NCBI GenBank assembly: GCA_043814315.1
Contig: JBDRKE010000033.1
Location: 10,422 to 74,421 of the forward strand
DNA length: 64,000 nt
Reading direction: 5' to 3'
DNA from: Candidatus Omnitrophota bacterium
GTDB lineage: Bacteria; Omnitrophota; Gorgyraeia; Gygaellales; Profunditerraquicolaceae
A model generated the notes under the pieces. The model did not search any database, was not told the origin of the DNA, and worked only from the letters and a program-made list of their open reading frames with translations. Of this stretch, positions 27,942-36,515 are shown one piece after another. The position numbers and the translations under genes were made by a program. How positions within the stretch are numbered: position 1 is the stretch's first letter; every line of letters starts with the position of its first letter.

Positions 27942-28442
27942 TTGAATAAACATTTCGTTAAAGTTACTGTTTTTTTGGTTTTGCTTGTTTTTTGCGGCAT
28001 CGGGTGCAGTTGCGCTAAAGAGCAGGAAGCGGCGGATCTTTCCAGCGCCCCGGATTTCCAGTTGCAGGATTTAAGCCAGGCCACGTATACGCTCTCCAGT
28101 TATAAGGACAAACAGCAGCCGGTTATTTTATTTTTCTGGACCACATGGTGCCCTTATTGCCGTGAAGAATTGGCGGTGTTGAAGGAGAAATATGCCAAAC
28201 TATTGACGGATGGCTGGGAGCTTTTTGCTGTCAACATAGGAGAGCAGGGGAGTCGAATAGATAATTTCGTCAAAAGCTCCTCCCTGCCTTTTAAGGTCCT
28301 TCTGGATAAGACCACATCCGTAGCAAAATCCTTTGGAGTCTTCGGTGTCCCCACCTATGTCTTCATCGGGAAAGACGGGAATATTACCGCCAAGGAGCAT
28401 TATTTCCCGCAAGACACAATCAAAGAACTTATGGAACTATAG
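27942..28442 (+). CDS. TlpA/ResA-like thiol:disulfide oxidoreductase
   Basis: Signal/anchor sequence plus a thioredoxin fold with WCPYC. TTG start. Confidence 0.8.
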   Translation: MNKHFVKVTVFLVLLVFCGIGCSCAKEQEAADLSSAPDFQLQDLSQATYTLSSYKDKQQPVILFFWTTWCPYCREELAVLKEKYAKLLTDGWELFAVNIGEQGSRIDNFVKSSSLPFKVLLDKTTSVAKSFGVFGVPTYVFIGKDGNITAKEHYFPQDTIKELMEL

Positions 28443-28454
28443 GCAGAGTCTCTT

Positions 28455-29816
28455 ATGAATAACGCCTTATTGATGGATCTTTATGAGCTGACGATGGCCC
28501 AGAGCTATCTTGTGTATAAGAAAGAGGCTCGCGCCACCTTTGATTTATTCGTCAGGAAATTGCCAAGAAACCGAGCGTACCTGGTCTTCTGCGGGCTCGA
28601 CGATATCTTGCATTACATAAGAACCTTAAGATTCAATAAAGATGATTTAGCATATCTTAAGAGTACAAAGTTATTATCTTCGGATTTTCTGGGATATTTA
28701 AAGCAGTTTAGATTTACAGGCGATATTTGGGGGATGCGCGAAGGCCAGGTTTTCTTTGCCAACGAACCTGTCCTGCGAGTTACCGCCCCCATCATAGAAG
28801 CTCAGATCATTGAAAGTTTCCTGCTCAACACCGTCAATTTGCAGACCATGATTGCCAGTAAAGCCAGCCGCGTGGTTTCGGCGGCGGGTAAGAGAAACGT
28901 CTATGATTTCTCTCTCAGGAGGACCCACGGCCAGGATGCGGGAGTCAAGGTAGCGCGCTCCTCTTACATCGCAGGTTTTTCCGGCACTTCCTGTGTCCTG
29001 GCAGGCAAATTGTACGGCCTGCCTATAGTAGGGACTATGGCGCATTCTTTTGTCATGTCCTTTAAACAGGAGATCGACAGCTTCATGGCTTACGCCCGCG
29101 TTTTCCCCGAGCGTACCATACTGCTCGTAGATACTTACGAAACACAGAAGGGCATTGCCAATGCCATTGCCGTGGGATTGTATCTGAAAGACAGAGGCTA
29201 TCAGTTACAAGGTATACGATTGGACAGCCCGGATATTGCTTCTTTGTCGAAGATGGCACGAAGGTCCCTCGATAAGGCAGGGCTTAAGAAAGTCAAGATT
29301 TTTGCCAGCGGCAATCTGGATGAGTTTAAGATAAAAAACCTGCTGGATCAGAAGGCCTGCGTTGACAGTTTCGGGGTGGGCACCCATATGGGAGTCAGTA
29401 TCGACGCGCCCAGCCTGGATGTTATTTATAAAATCAGCGAAGTGACGCACGATTCACGGGAGTTTTTGCCCACGATGAAATTAAGTAAAGGCAAGGTGAC
29501 CTATCCGGGGAGAAAGCAGGCCTATAGAGTTGTGAACGCAAAAGGAAAATACGTAAAAGACATATTGGGCCTTGAGAATGAAAGGATCAAGGCAGATAAG
29601 CTGTTGATAAAAGTGGTTGACGGCGGGAGAATCATTTACAAGACTCCCGCGTTAGATAAAATCAGGGATTACGTGGCGACTTGTCTTTTAAAAATTCCTC
29701 CGGAGCTAAAACAGGCGGCTACTCAATATTCCTATCCTGTTGTTGTTAGCGATGGCCTTAAAAAGTTAAGAAGCGCTTTAGAGCGCCAGATACAGAAGAG
29801 GCAGTGCGTTGGATAA
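28455..29816 (+). CDS. pncB: nicotinate phosphoribosyltransferase
   Basis: DLYELTMA, GTMAHSF and RLDSPD motifs; 453 aa. Confidence 0.88.
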   Translation: MNNALLMDLYELTMAQSYLVYKKEARATFDLFVRKLPRNRAYLVFCGLDDILHYIRTLRFNKDDLAYLKSTKLLSSDFLGYLKQFRFTGDIWGMREGQVFFANEPVLRVTAPIIEAQIIESFLLNTVNLQTMIASKASRVVSAAGKRNVYDFSLRRTHGQDAGVKVARSSYIAGFSGTSCVLAGKLYGLPIVGTMAHSFVMSFKQEIDSFMAYARVFPERTILLVDTYETQKGIANAIAVGLYLKDRGYQLQGIRLDSPDIASLSKMARRSLDKAGLKKVKIFASGNLDEFKIKNLLDQKACVDSFGVGTHMGVSIDAPSLDVIYKISEVTHDSREFLPTMKLSKGKVTYPGRKQAYRVVNAKGKYVKDILGLENERIKADKLLIKVVDGGRIIYKTPALDKIRDYVATCLLKIPPELKQAATQYSYPVVVSDGLKKLRSALERQIQKRQCVG

Positions 29817-30435
29817 AAAAATCGAATCCTTGATCAAAAACTGGAAGAAGAGAAATATAGAGGGATTGTATTGCCGCGATAAAAAGGAAGCGGCGGATAA
29901 AATACTGGAACTTATTCCAGTGCCTGTGACCGTGGGTTTTTCCGGTTCAAAAACCCTGGAACAATTAGGTATTGTAAAGTTATTGGAGTCGAGAGGAAAT
30001 AAAGTGTTCAATCCGTATCAACCGAAGATAACCCGGCAGGAGAGCCTGGAATTAAGAAAGCGGGGGGCTGGAGCCGACTGCTATCTTGCCAGTGCCAATG
30101 CTATCTCCGAGAAGGCTGAGATAGTGTTTTTTAGTGCTTATGGAAACAGGACGGCAGGCATCTCTTATGCTAAAAAGGTCATTGTGGTCTGCGGAACAAA
30201 TAAACTTGCCCCTAATTTAGAACAAGCCTTAAAGCGGGCAAGGGAGTTTGCAACGCCCCTAAATTGTAAACGGCTGGAGTGGAATACGCCTTGCGTTAAA
30301 GACGGGGTCTGTCGTAGCGATATTTGTCTGTGGCCTGATTATAAGCGAATGTGCTGCCAGGTCCTCGTGATAGAAGCTGAAATCGATTCCCAGCGCTTGA
30401 AAGTGATTCTGGTAGATGAAAGCCTGGGTTTTTAG
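29809..30435 (+). CDS. LUD-domain (lactate-utilisation/YkgG-like) protein
   Basis: Length and layout resemble the DUF162/LUD family. C-terminal Cys-rich stretch. Start uncertain (TTG). Confidence 0.45.
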   Translation: MDKKIESLIKNWKKRNIEGLYCRDKKEAADKILELIPVPVTVGFSGSKTLEQLGIVKLLESRGNKVFNPYQPKITRQESLELRKRGAGADCYLASANAISEKAEIVFFSAYGNRTAGISYAKKVIVVCGTNKLAPNLEQALKRAREFATPLNCKRLEWNTPCVKDGVCRSDICLWPDYKRMCCQVLVIEAEIDSQRLKVILVDESLGF

Positions 30436-30485
30436 AAAAATAAGCCACCTTGAAAAAACATAAAACAAGACTATAATAGAACTCT

Positions 30486-30872
30486 ATGGAAAGACGTGTG
30501 AATTTTTATCAGGCGGTTGAAGAGATCTGCGCTGCGGATACGCGTTATAAGCCGGATAGCTACGAGTTCCTGATGCAGGCTTTGCATTTTACGCAGGAGA
30601 GGCTTAACTGTAAAACCCACGTCTCGGGCCGCCAGCTGTTAGAAGGAATCCGCAAGTTCGTCATTGAGCAATACGGCCCTATGGCCAAGACAGTTTTAAA
30701 GCATTGGGGGATAACGCGCACGGAGGATTTCGGGAATATTGTCTTCAATATGGTCCATGAACGCCTGCTCTCCAGGACAGAAGAAGATTCCATCGATGAT
30801 TTCAAGGATGTCTATGATTTTGAGGTTGTTTTCGGGAATATCCTGCGTAACAGCGTGATCAAAGATACGTGA
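30486..30872 (+). CDS. conserved hypothetical protein
   Basis: 128-aa ORF with good coding texture. It resembles a small family seen in PVC-group genomes (recollection only). Confidence 0.4.
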   Translation: MERRVNFYQAVEEICAADTRYKPDSYEFLMQALHFTQERLNCKTHVSGRQLLEGIRKFVIEQYGPMAKTVLKHWGITRTEDFGNIVFNMVHERLLSRTEEDSIDDFKDVYDFEVVFGNILRNSVIKDT

Positions 30873-30891
30873 AGGAGCAAAAGGAAAGAAT

Positions 30892-31935
30892 ATGGGCGGT
30901 TTGAAAGGTTTGGCTACGGGAATCGGAAGCCTTCCGTATACCGATATTAACGCCGCTTTGGACCTGGTTTTCAAATATTTCCCTGAGATTCCCTTCTGGC
31001 CGCAGCTGCCAAAGCTCAATGCGAGAGAAGGGATGGTGGCTCAGTTTAGCGAGAACCTTCCTTTCATGAGCATGGATGAAAACGGCCTGAGGTTTTCCAC
31101 GCTTGAGACGCCGGATAAGGATAAAGTCTTAGAATCGTATTATGAGCATATCATCGCCCACGATATAGATTATTTCCAAATCAGCGAAAATTTTGCTTTA
31201 GGTTTGCATAAATTTTATCAAAGACTCGAAGAGGAGGATTTAAAGAACGTCATTTTTATCAAAGGCCATACCATCGGCCCCTTCACATTTTGCGCCAGCC
31301 TCGCTGATGATAAAGGGGGGGTACTCTTGCATGATACGATACTGATGCAGGCGGTGTTAAAGGGCCTCTCCATGAAGGCCGCCTGGCAGATAAACTCGCT
31401 CAGGAAATTCGGCAAGAAGATTATCCTGTTTATTGATGAACCGTATCTGGGGTGCTTTGGCTCTGCTTACACGCCTATCAACAGGGAAGAGGTGGTGAAG
31501 AAATTGACGGAATTTACAGAGCCTCTGAAATCAGATGACGTTTTGTTAGGGGTGCACTGCTGCGGCAATACGGATTGGTCGATGTTAATGGAAGTGCGGC
31601 ATCTGGATATCATCAGTTTTGATGCCTTTGATTTTCTGGACCGGATGGTCCTTTATGCGGATTATCTTAAGGCCTTTTTTGGCCGCCAAGGGATATTGTG
31701 CTGGGGGATTGTGCCTACGCAGTTATTCTCGGGCCTTGAGACCGCGGAAGTTTTAATCAGAAAGTTAAAAGGGGGCGTCAATAGCCTGGTTCAGAAGGGC
31801 CTGGAAGAAAACGTATTATTTGAAAACATGCTGATCAGCCCCAGTTGCGGGCTCGGTACTTTCACTCCGGAAAAAGCGCAGAAAATTTTAACCCTGCTTT
31901 CCGAAGTCTCTTTTTTGATTAAGAAATACTACTAA
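30892..31935 (+). CDS. MetE-C-terminal/URO-D-like (cobalamin-independent methyltransferase fold) protein
   Basis: 347 aa; GIGSLPY...FWPQLP N-terminus and HCCGNTDW metal-site-like motif. Confidence 0.45.
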   Translation: MGGLKGLATGIGSLPYTDINAALDLVFKYFPEIPFWPQLPKLNAREGMVAQFSENLPFMSMDENGLRFSTLETPDKDKVLESYYEHIIAHDIDYFQISENFALGLHKFYQRLEEEDLKNVIFIKGHTIGPFTFCASLADDKGGVLLHDTILMQAVLKGLSMKAAWQINSLRKFGKKIILFIDEPYLGCFGSAYTPINREEVVKKLTEFTEPLKSDDVLLGVHCCGNTDWSMLMEVRHLDIISFDAFDFLDRMVLYADYLKAFFGRQGILCWGIVPTQLFSGLETAEVLIRKLKGGVNSLVQKGLEENVLFENMLISPSCGLGTFTPEKAQKILTLLSEVSFLIKKYY

Positions 31936-32012
31936 AAATAATTTATTTGACAAACCTGCCCAAAAATACTATCATAGATAAATCTTTTGTTATTTATAAG
32001 GAGCCTTAAGGA

Positions 32013-32555
32013 ATGAAAGAGATACGCATCCATGCCCGTGCCGGCCAGGGAGCTATCACCACTGCAGCGCTGCTTGGGCTTACCTACTTTAAAGAAGGGA
32101 TGTATCCTTATGCCTTCCCGCATTTCGGAGCGGCAAGGATGGGCGCTCCTATGAATGCGTTTGTGCGCATAGACTCTAAGCCGGTCAGGACCCGCAGCCA
32201 GATCTACAAACCGGATTATGTGCTTATTGTGGACTCCACCTTAATGAGGGGATACAACTGTTTTTCCGGATTAAAAGAGGAGGGGGTGGCTTTAATTGAT
32301 GGGAAGCCCGACCTTGAAATCCCTAAGCTCAATGCAAAACAAAAGGCTTTTGTGGTGCCTGCTACTGAAATTGCCCTTAAAACGATAGGCAGGCCTCTGG
32401 GCAATACGACTCTGGTCGGAGCGTTTGCTGCGGCAACCGGTGAAATAAAGCTGGAAACGCTTATAGAAGTCATTAAAGCGAGATTTTCAGGCAAGGTCCA
32501 GGAAGGCAACATCCAGGCAGCGCAACAGGGGTATGAGTTTATAAAAAAGCAATAA
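32013..32555 (+). CDS. porG: pyruvate/2-oxoacid:ferredoxin oxidoreductase gamma subunit
   Basis: IRIHARAGQGAITTA... is typical of the gamma subunit. It is first of a four-gene por cluster. Confidence 0.88.
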   Translation: MKEIRIHARAGQGAITTAALLGLTYFKEGMYPYAFPHFGAARMGAPMNAFVRIDSKPVRTRSQIYKPDYVLIVDSTLMRGYNCFSGLKEEGVALIDGKPDLEIPKLNAKQKAFVVPATEIALKTIGRPLGNTTLVGAFAAATGEIKLETLIEVIKARFSGKVQEGNIQAAQQGYEFIKKQ

Positions 32556-32612
32556 AATGATTACACAGATTTTTAAAAGCAGATTACACAGATTAAATCT
32601 ACGTAAAGAAAA

Positions 32613-32885
32613 ATGTTTGGGCCGTTGATTGTTAAGCCGCAAAAAAGCAAAGGGGATAAAACCGGAGCCTGGAGGGTGCAGTTAAGGCCCGATTACTTAA
32701 GAAAGAACTGCATCGCCTGCAGGATGTGCGTGCAGGTGTGCCCCGAAGGCTGCGTGCAGGGCAAAGAGAAGAATAGTTTTATGTGCGATTATAATTATTG
32801 TAAAGGCTGCGGCCTTTGCTCCCTTATCTGCCCTAAAAACGATATCGTCATGGTAGAAGAGGGTTCAGGAGAAGAAAAGAAGTGA
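32613..32885 (+). CDS. porD: 2-oxoacid:ferredoxin oxidoreductase delta subunit (2x[4Fe-4S])
   Basis: CIACRMCVQVCPE and CKGCGLCSLICP motifs. Confidence 0.85.
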   Translation: MFGPLIVKPQKSKGDKTGAWRVQLRPDYLRKNCIACRMCVQVCPEGCVQGKEKNSFMCDYNYCKGCGLCSLICPKNDIVMVEEGSGEEKK

Positions 32886-32937
32886 ATCCCGTTAGAAATT
32901 GGAATTTTAACGGGGACAAGAAGGGATTTCTAACGGG

Positions 32938-34125
32938 ATGAAAGATTTCTTAGAGGGTTCTCGGGCGGTTGCCGAGACCGTGAAACTTTGTAAGCCGGGG
33001 GTGATTTCCGCTTACCCCATTACGCCCCAGACGCACATCGTCGAAGAATTAGCCAAGATGGTGGCTAACGGCGAATTAGGCTCTTCGTTTGTCAATGTGG
33101 AGAGCGAGCATTCCGCTGCCTCCGTGGTCCTGGGAGGGGTAGCTGCAGGCGTGCGTTCTTACACGGCGACCAGCTCACAAGGCCTGCTTTATATGGGAGA
33201 GGTGATTTTTAATATCGCGGGGATGCGCCTGCCGCTCGTTCTGACTTGTGCCAACAGGGCTATCTCAGCCCCCATCAATATTTGGAACGACCAGCAGGAT
33301 TCCGTATCGCTGCGGGATGCCGGATGGATACAGTTGTATGCGGAGAATATCCAGGAAACAGTTGACCTTCATCTTATGGCCTATCGCATCAGCGAAGACA
33401 AGTCTATGATGCTTCCGGTGATGGTGTGCATGGATGGTTTCATTTTAACGCATGGCATGGAGGCCGTGGATATTCCTGAACAGGATAAGGCGGATAAGTT
33501 CCTGCCTGCTTACAAACCTCTCTATAAGCTTGATCCTGCCGCGCCTTTGACTATGGGGTTGCTGGCAGACCCTGATTATTACATGGAAACACGTTTTGCC
33601 ATTCAGGAGACCCTGAAGGCAGCCTTAAATTTTATCCCTAAGGTCAGCCAGGAATTTAAAAGCGTTTTCGGCCGGGATTATAAAGATTGTTTAATAGAAG
33701 AGTATGGCACCAGGGATGCCCAGAAGGTGATTGTGGCCATGGGTTCTGTCTGCGGCACCATCAAGGAAGTGGTGGACCAGATGCGGCAGAAAGGTAAAAA
33801 GGTCGGTTTGTTAAAGATTGTCTCTTACCGGCCGTTTCCTTACGCGCAGGTTTATCAGGCACTCAAGAATGTGCCGCAGGTTGCGGTATTAGATAAAGCC
33901 GTTTCTTTGGGGGCATGGCCTCCTTTAGCCGTGGAGATCAAGGCCGCCTTCTGCGGAAAAAAGAAGGCGCCTAAGGCCGTTGGTTCTTTTGTCGCAGGTT
34001 TAGGCGGCAGGGATATAACGCTTGATTCGATAAGGGAGATATTCAGAAGGCTCACGCAAAAAGAAATCAACTGGGAGTTTATCGATTTAAAACCCGAGTT
34101 GCTCAGGGAGGAATATGGAGAATAG
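32938..34125 (+). CDS. porA: 2-oxoacid:ferredoxin oxidoreductase alpha subunit
   Basis: 395 aa with GSRAVAE...AYPITPQT...ESEHSA motifs. Confidence 0.9.
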   Translation: MKDFLEGSRAVAETVKLCKPGVISAYPITPQTHIVEELAKMVANGELGSSFVNVESEHSAASVVLGGVAAGVRSYTATSSQGLLYMGEVIFNIAGMRLPLVLTCANRAISAPINIWNDQQDSVSLRDAGWIQLYAENIQETVDLHLMAYRISEDKSMMLPVMVCMDGFILTHGMEAVDIPEQDKADKFLPAYKPLYKLDPAAPLTMGLLADPDYYMETRFAIQETLKAALNFIPKVSQEFKSVFGRDYKDCLIEEYGTRDAQKVIVAMGSVCGTIKEVVDQMRQKGKKVGLLKIVSYRPFPYAQVYQALKNVPQVAVLDKAVSLGAWPPLAVEIKAAFCGKKKAPKAVGSFVAGLGGRDITLDSIREIFRRLTQKEINWEFIDLKPELLREEYGE

Positions 34126-35611
34126 AGTTTTGTTTAAACCGGGCCATACCGCATGTGCGGGTTGCGGCCAGTCTTTGGCTGCCCGTTTAGTCTTAGAAGC
34201 AGCCGGCCCCAATACCATCGTGGTGAATAATACGGGCTGCCTGGAGGTGTTTTCCACAAAATATCCGGAATCCGCATGGGGCGTGCCCTGGATTCACTCT
34301 CTGTTCGAGAATGCCGCGGCTGTGGCTTCGGGAGTTGAATCCGCCTTGATTTATTTAGGTAAGAAAGAGGGGATTAATGTTATTGCCCAGGCAGGTGACG
34401 GTGGTACTGCGGACATAGGCCTGCAGGCTTTATCCGGCATGTTGGAGCGGGGGCATGATATTTTATACGTCTGTTACGACAATGAGGCCTATATGAATTG
34501 TTTAAGCATATCCTCTTCAGTCATGACAAAAGAGGGTCTTAAAAGAATAACAGAAATAAAAATTGGTGACGAAATTTGTGCTTTTGACCAAAATAACCAT
34601 CAGATGGTCATAAAGAAATGTAGTGGAGTATTTGATAATGGTAGAAAAGAAGTATTTGAGCTCAAGACCCTCTATTATTCTATAAAGGCAACAGCCAATC
34701 ATCCCTTTTTGGTTTTACAGAGAAATGAAAAAGGAGGGCATAGCAGTTTAGTTTGGAAGATGCTTAAGGATGTGGATATAGCGACTGGTGATAGAGTTGT
34801 AACATTAAAAAGCATGAATGACGATACTCCTTTTCGTTTCCTAGACTTGCATAAAAGAATGTCCGTCAGTAAAATATCCACTTTTCTTCCACAGGAACAA
34901 AAAGAGAAATTTGTTGGAGGTTTGATGCTGGCTGAAGAAGAGTTCTTGCCAGATAATAAATTTTTCCAGACTGAAGAAGTATTAAGCATAAAGTCAAAAG
35001 GAGTGGAGCCAACTTTAGATTTAAGGATAGAAGAGGAGCATAATTTTATTGCCGATGGCATCGTCGTTCATAACACGGGCATTCAACGCAGCGGCCTCAC
35101 CCCTTTTCATTCCGCGACAACGACAAGCCCCTTTGGCCGTCAATCCTTTGGAAACATCCGGCCTAAAAAACCTATGCCTGAAATTGCCCTGGCGCACGGC
35201 ATCCCTTATGTGGCCACGACCTCTGCGGGCTTCATGCAGGATTTGCAGAGAAAAGTCAAAAAGGCCCTTTCTATCAAAGGCCCCAAATACCTGCAGATTC
35301 ATGTCCCTTGTCCTTTGGGCTGGAGGCATGAGCCAAATCTAACGCTGGCCGTGGCAAAATGTGCGGTTGAGACGGGCCTTTATCCTTTAATTGAATATGA
35401 AGGAGGCGCCCTTGTGTCCCGTCGGCAGATAACACCGAAACCCGTTCAGGAGTATCTGAAAGTTCAGGGCAGATTCAAGCACCTCTTGAATGCGCCCGAG
35501 GAGATCAGGAAGATCCAGGAAATAGCGGATCATAATATCGAGAAGTACGGACTAAGTGAAAAATCACAAATTCCAAATTCCAAATCACAAACAAATCCTA
35601 ATACCCAATGA
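34115..35611 (+). CDS. porB: 2-oxoacid:ferredoxin oxidoreductase beta subunit (TPP-binding), interrupted by an intein
   Basis: CAGCG, GDGG and YDNEAYMN|TGIQRSG extein motifs. 498 aa, versus about 300 aa once the insert is removed. Confidence 0.9.
   Translation: MENRVLFKPGHTACAGCGQSLAARLVLEAAGPNTIVVNNTGCLEVFSTKYPESAWGVPWIHSLFENAAAVASGVESALIYLGKKEGINVIAQAGDGGTADIGLQALSGMLERGHDILYVCYDNEAYMNCLSISSSVMTKEGLKRITEIKIGDEICAFDQNNHQMVIKKCSGVFDNGRKEVFELKTLYYSIKATANHPFLVLQRNEKGGHSSLVWKMLKDVDIATGDRVVTLKSMNDDTPFRFLDLHKRMSVSKISTFLPQEQKEKFVGGLMLAEEEFLPDNKFFQTEEVLSIKSKGVEPTLDLRIEEEHNFIADGIVVHNTGIQRSGLTPFHSATTTSPFGRQSFGNIRPKKPMPEIALAHGIPYVATTSAGFMQDLQRKVKKALSIKGPKYLQIHVPCPLGWRHEPNLTLAVAKCAVETGLYPLIEYEGGALVSRRQITPKPVQEYLKVQGRFKHLLNAPEEIRKIQEIADHNIEKYGLSEKSQIPNSKSQTNPNTQ
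34499..35074 (+). mobile_element. mini-intein (192 aa) in PorB
   Basis: It starts CLSISSSVMT, has block B TANHPF, and ends EHNFIADGIVVHN followed by +1 Thr. The flanks join to the conserved YDNEAYMN-TGIQRSG. The insert is AT-richer than the exteins. Confidence 0.88.
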
Positions 35612-35712
35612 CCAAAATTCCAAACTTAAAGTCAAAAACAAATAAATTTGGGCATTGTAATTTTGGTATTGTTTATTGTTTGTAATTTGTGTATTGTGAT
35701 TTGTGGTTTGAC
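35558..35712. repeat. word-repeat long hairpin (aaatcacaaa / tttgtgattt words)
   Basis: The left arm overlaps the last ~17 codons of porB. The right arm is ttgtttattgtttgtaatttgtgtattgtgatttgtggtttg. Related to 53332-53482. Confidence 0.7.
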
Positions 35713-35731
35713 TTAAAGGAGGTGTTGAAAA

Positions 35732-36211
35732 ATGGGTAAACAAGCAAGAGCCATAGTGGACTTGAGCCTCAAAGACCTGGTCAAAGACCTGAATAAGGCC
35801 TATTGCGATGAATGGTTGGCGTTTTACCTCTATTGGCATATGGCCCAAACCGTTTCCGGGCGCGCCTATGAGGATATATCAGAGATGCTGAACAAAATCG
35901 CCAAGGACGAATTAGAGCATGCCGGGGAACTGGCGGATTTAATCACTAAGCTGGGGGATGTGCCTATCGCTAACCCCATGGATTTAGAGAAAGGCGCTAA
36001 CTCTCCTTATCTTATGCCGCCCAAGAATACCGCAGATATCAACAGGATTATCCGCATCGTGACCGAAGCCGAAGCCGGGGCCATCGAAGTCTACAATAAG
36101 ATCGCTAAAAAAACGTTAGGCAAGGACAATGTTACGTATCAGCTCGTCACGCATATACTCTCCGAGGAAGTCAGCCACGAAGAGATGTTTGAGAATTTGA
36201 TGGAAAGATAA
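35732..36211 (+). CDS. ferritin-like/Dps-like (DPSL/bacterioferritin-related) protein
   Basis: Four-helix ferritin pattern with E...ELEH...E..H ligand spacing. Confidence 0.65.
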   Translation: MGKQARAIVDLSLKDLVKDLNKAYCDEWLAFYLYWHMAQTVSGRAYEDISEMLNKIAKDELEHAGELADLITKLGDVPIANPMDLEKGANSPYLMPPKNTADINRIIRIVTEAEAGAIEVYNKIAKKTLGKDNVTYQLVTHILSEEVSHEEMFENLMER

Positions 36212-36215
36212 TACG

Positions 36216-36300
36216 GAAAAATCCAAAATCCAAAACTATTTGAGATTTTGAAATTAGGATTTGTTTGGTAGTATTGGTATTATTTGAAATTGGGATTTCT
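36216..36300. repeat. word-repeat hairpin, homolog of 2948-3060
   Basis: aaatccaaaatccaaaactatttgagattttg...tttggtagtattggtattatttgaaattgggatttct. Confidence 0.7.
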
Positions 36301-36326
36301 CAGTTGAAAAAGGAGGTTTAACAGAG

Positions 36327-36509
36327 ATGTCTAAGGTAACAGTGGATGCTTCTGCCTGTGTGGGTTGCGGCCTGTGCGAGCAATCATGCCCTGAGGTCTT
36401 TGAGGTTCAGGGGGATGGTATCGCCCATGTGAAATCGCAAACCTGTGCCACCTGTAATCTGAAGGAAATAGCCGAGCAATGCCCGGTGAATTGCATAAAG
36501 GTAAGTTGA
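36327..36509 (+). CDS. small [4Fe-4S]/[3Fe-4S] ferredoxin
   Basis: 60 aa with CVGCGLCEQSCP and a C-terminal CP motif. Confidence 0.8.
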   Translation: MSKVTVDASACVGCGLCEQSCPEVFEVQGDGIAHVKSQTCATCNLKEIAEQCPVNCIKVS

Positions 36510-36515
36510 GCTTTA

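Noticed and set aside
34700-34990. Homing endonuclease domain inside the PorB intein.
   Set aside because: The ~100 residues between block B and the C-terminal blocks show no LAGLIDADG, HNH or GIY-YIG motif and are too short. This is a mini-intein with a linker.
35585-35848. 87-aa minus-strand ORF spanning the porB-ferritin spacer.
   Set aside because: It is translated largely from the low-complexity word-repeat hairpin (TNHNTQITNNKQYQNYN...) and overlaps the start of the ferritin-like gene. It is a repeat artefact.
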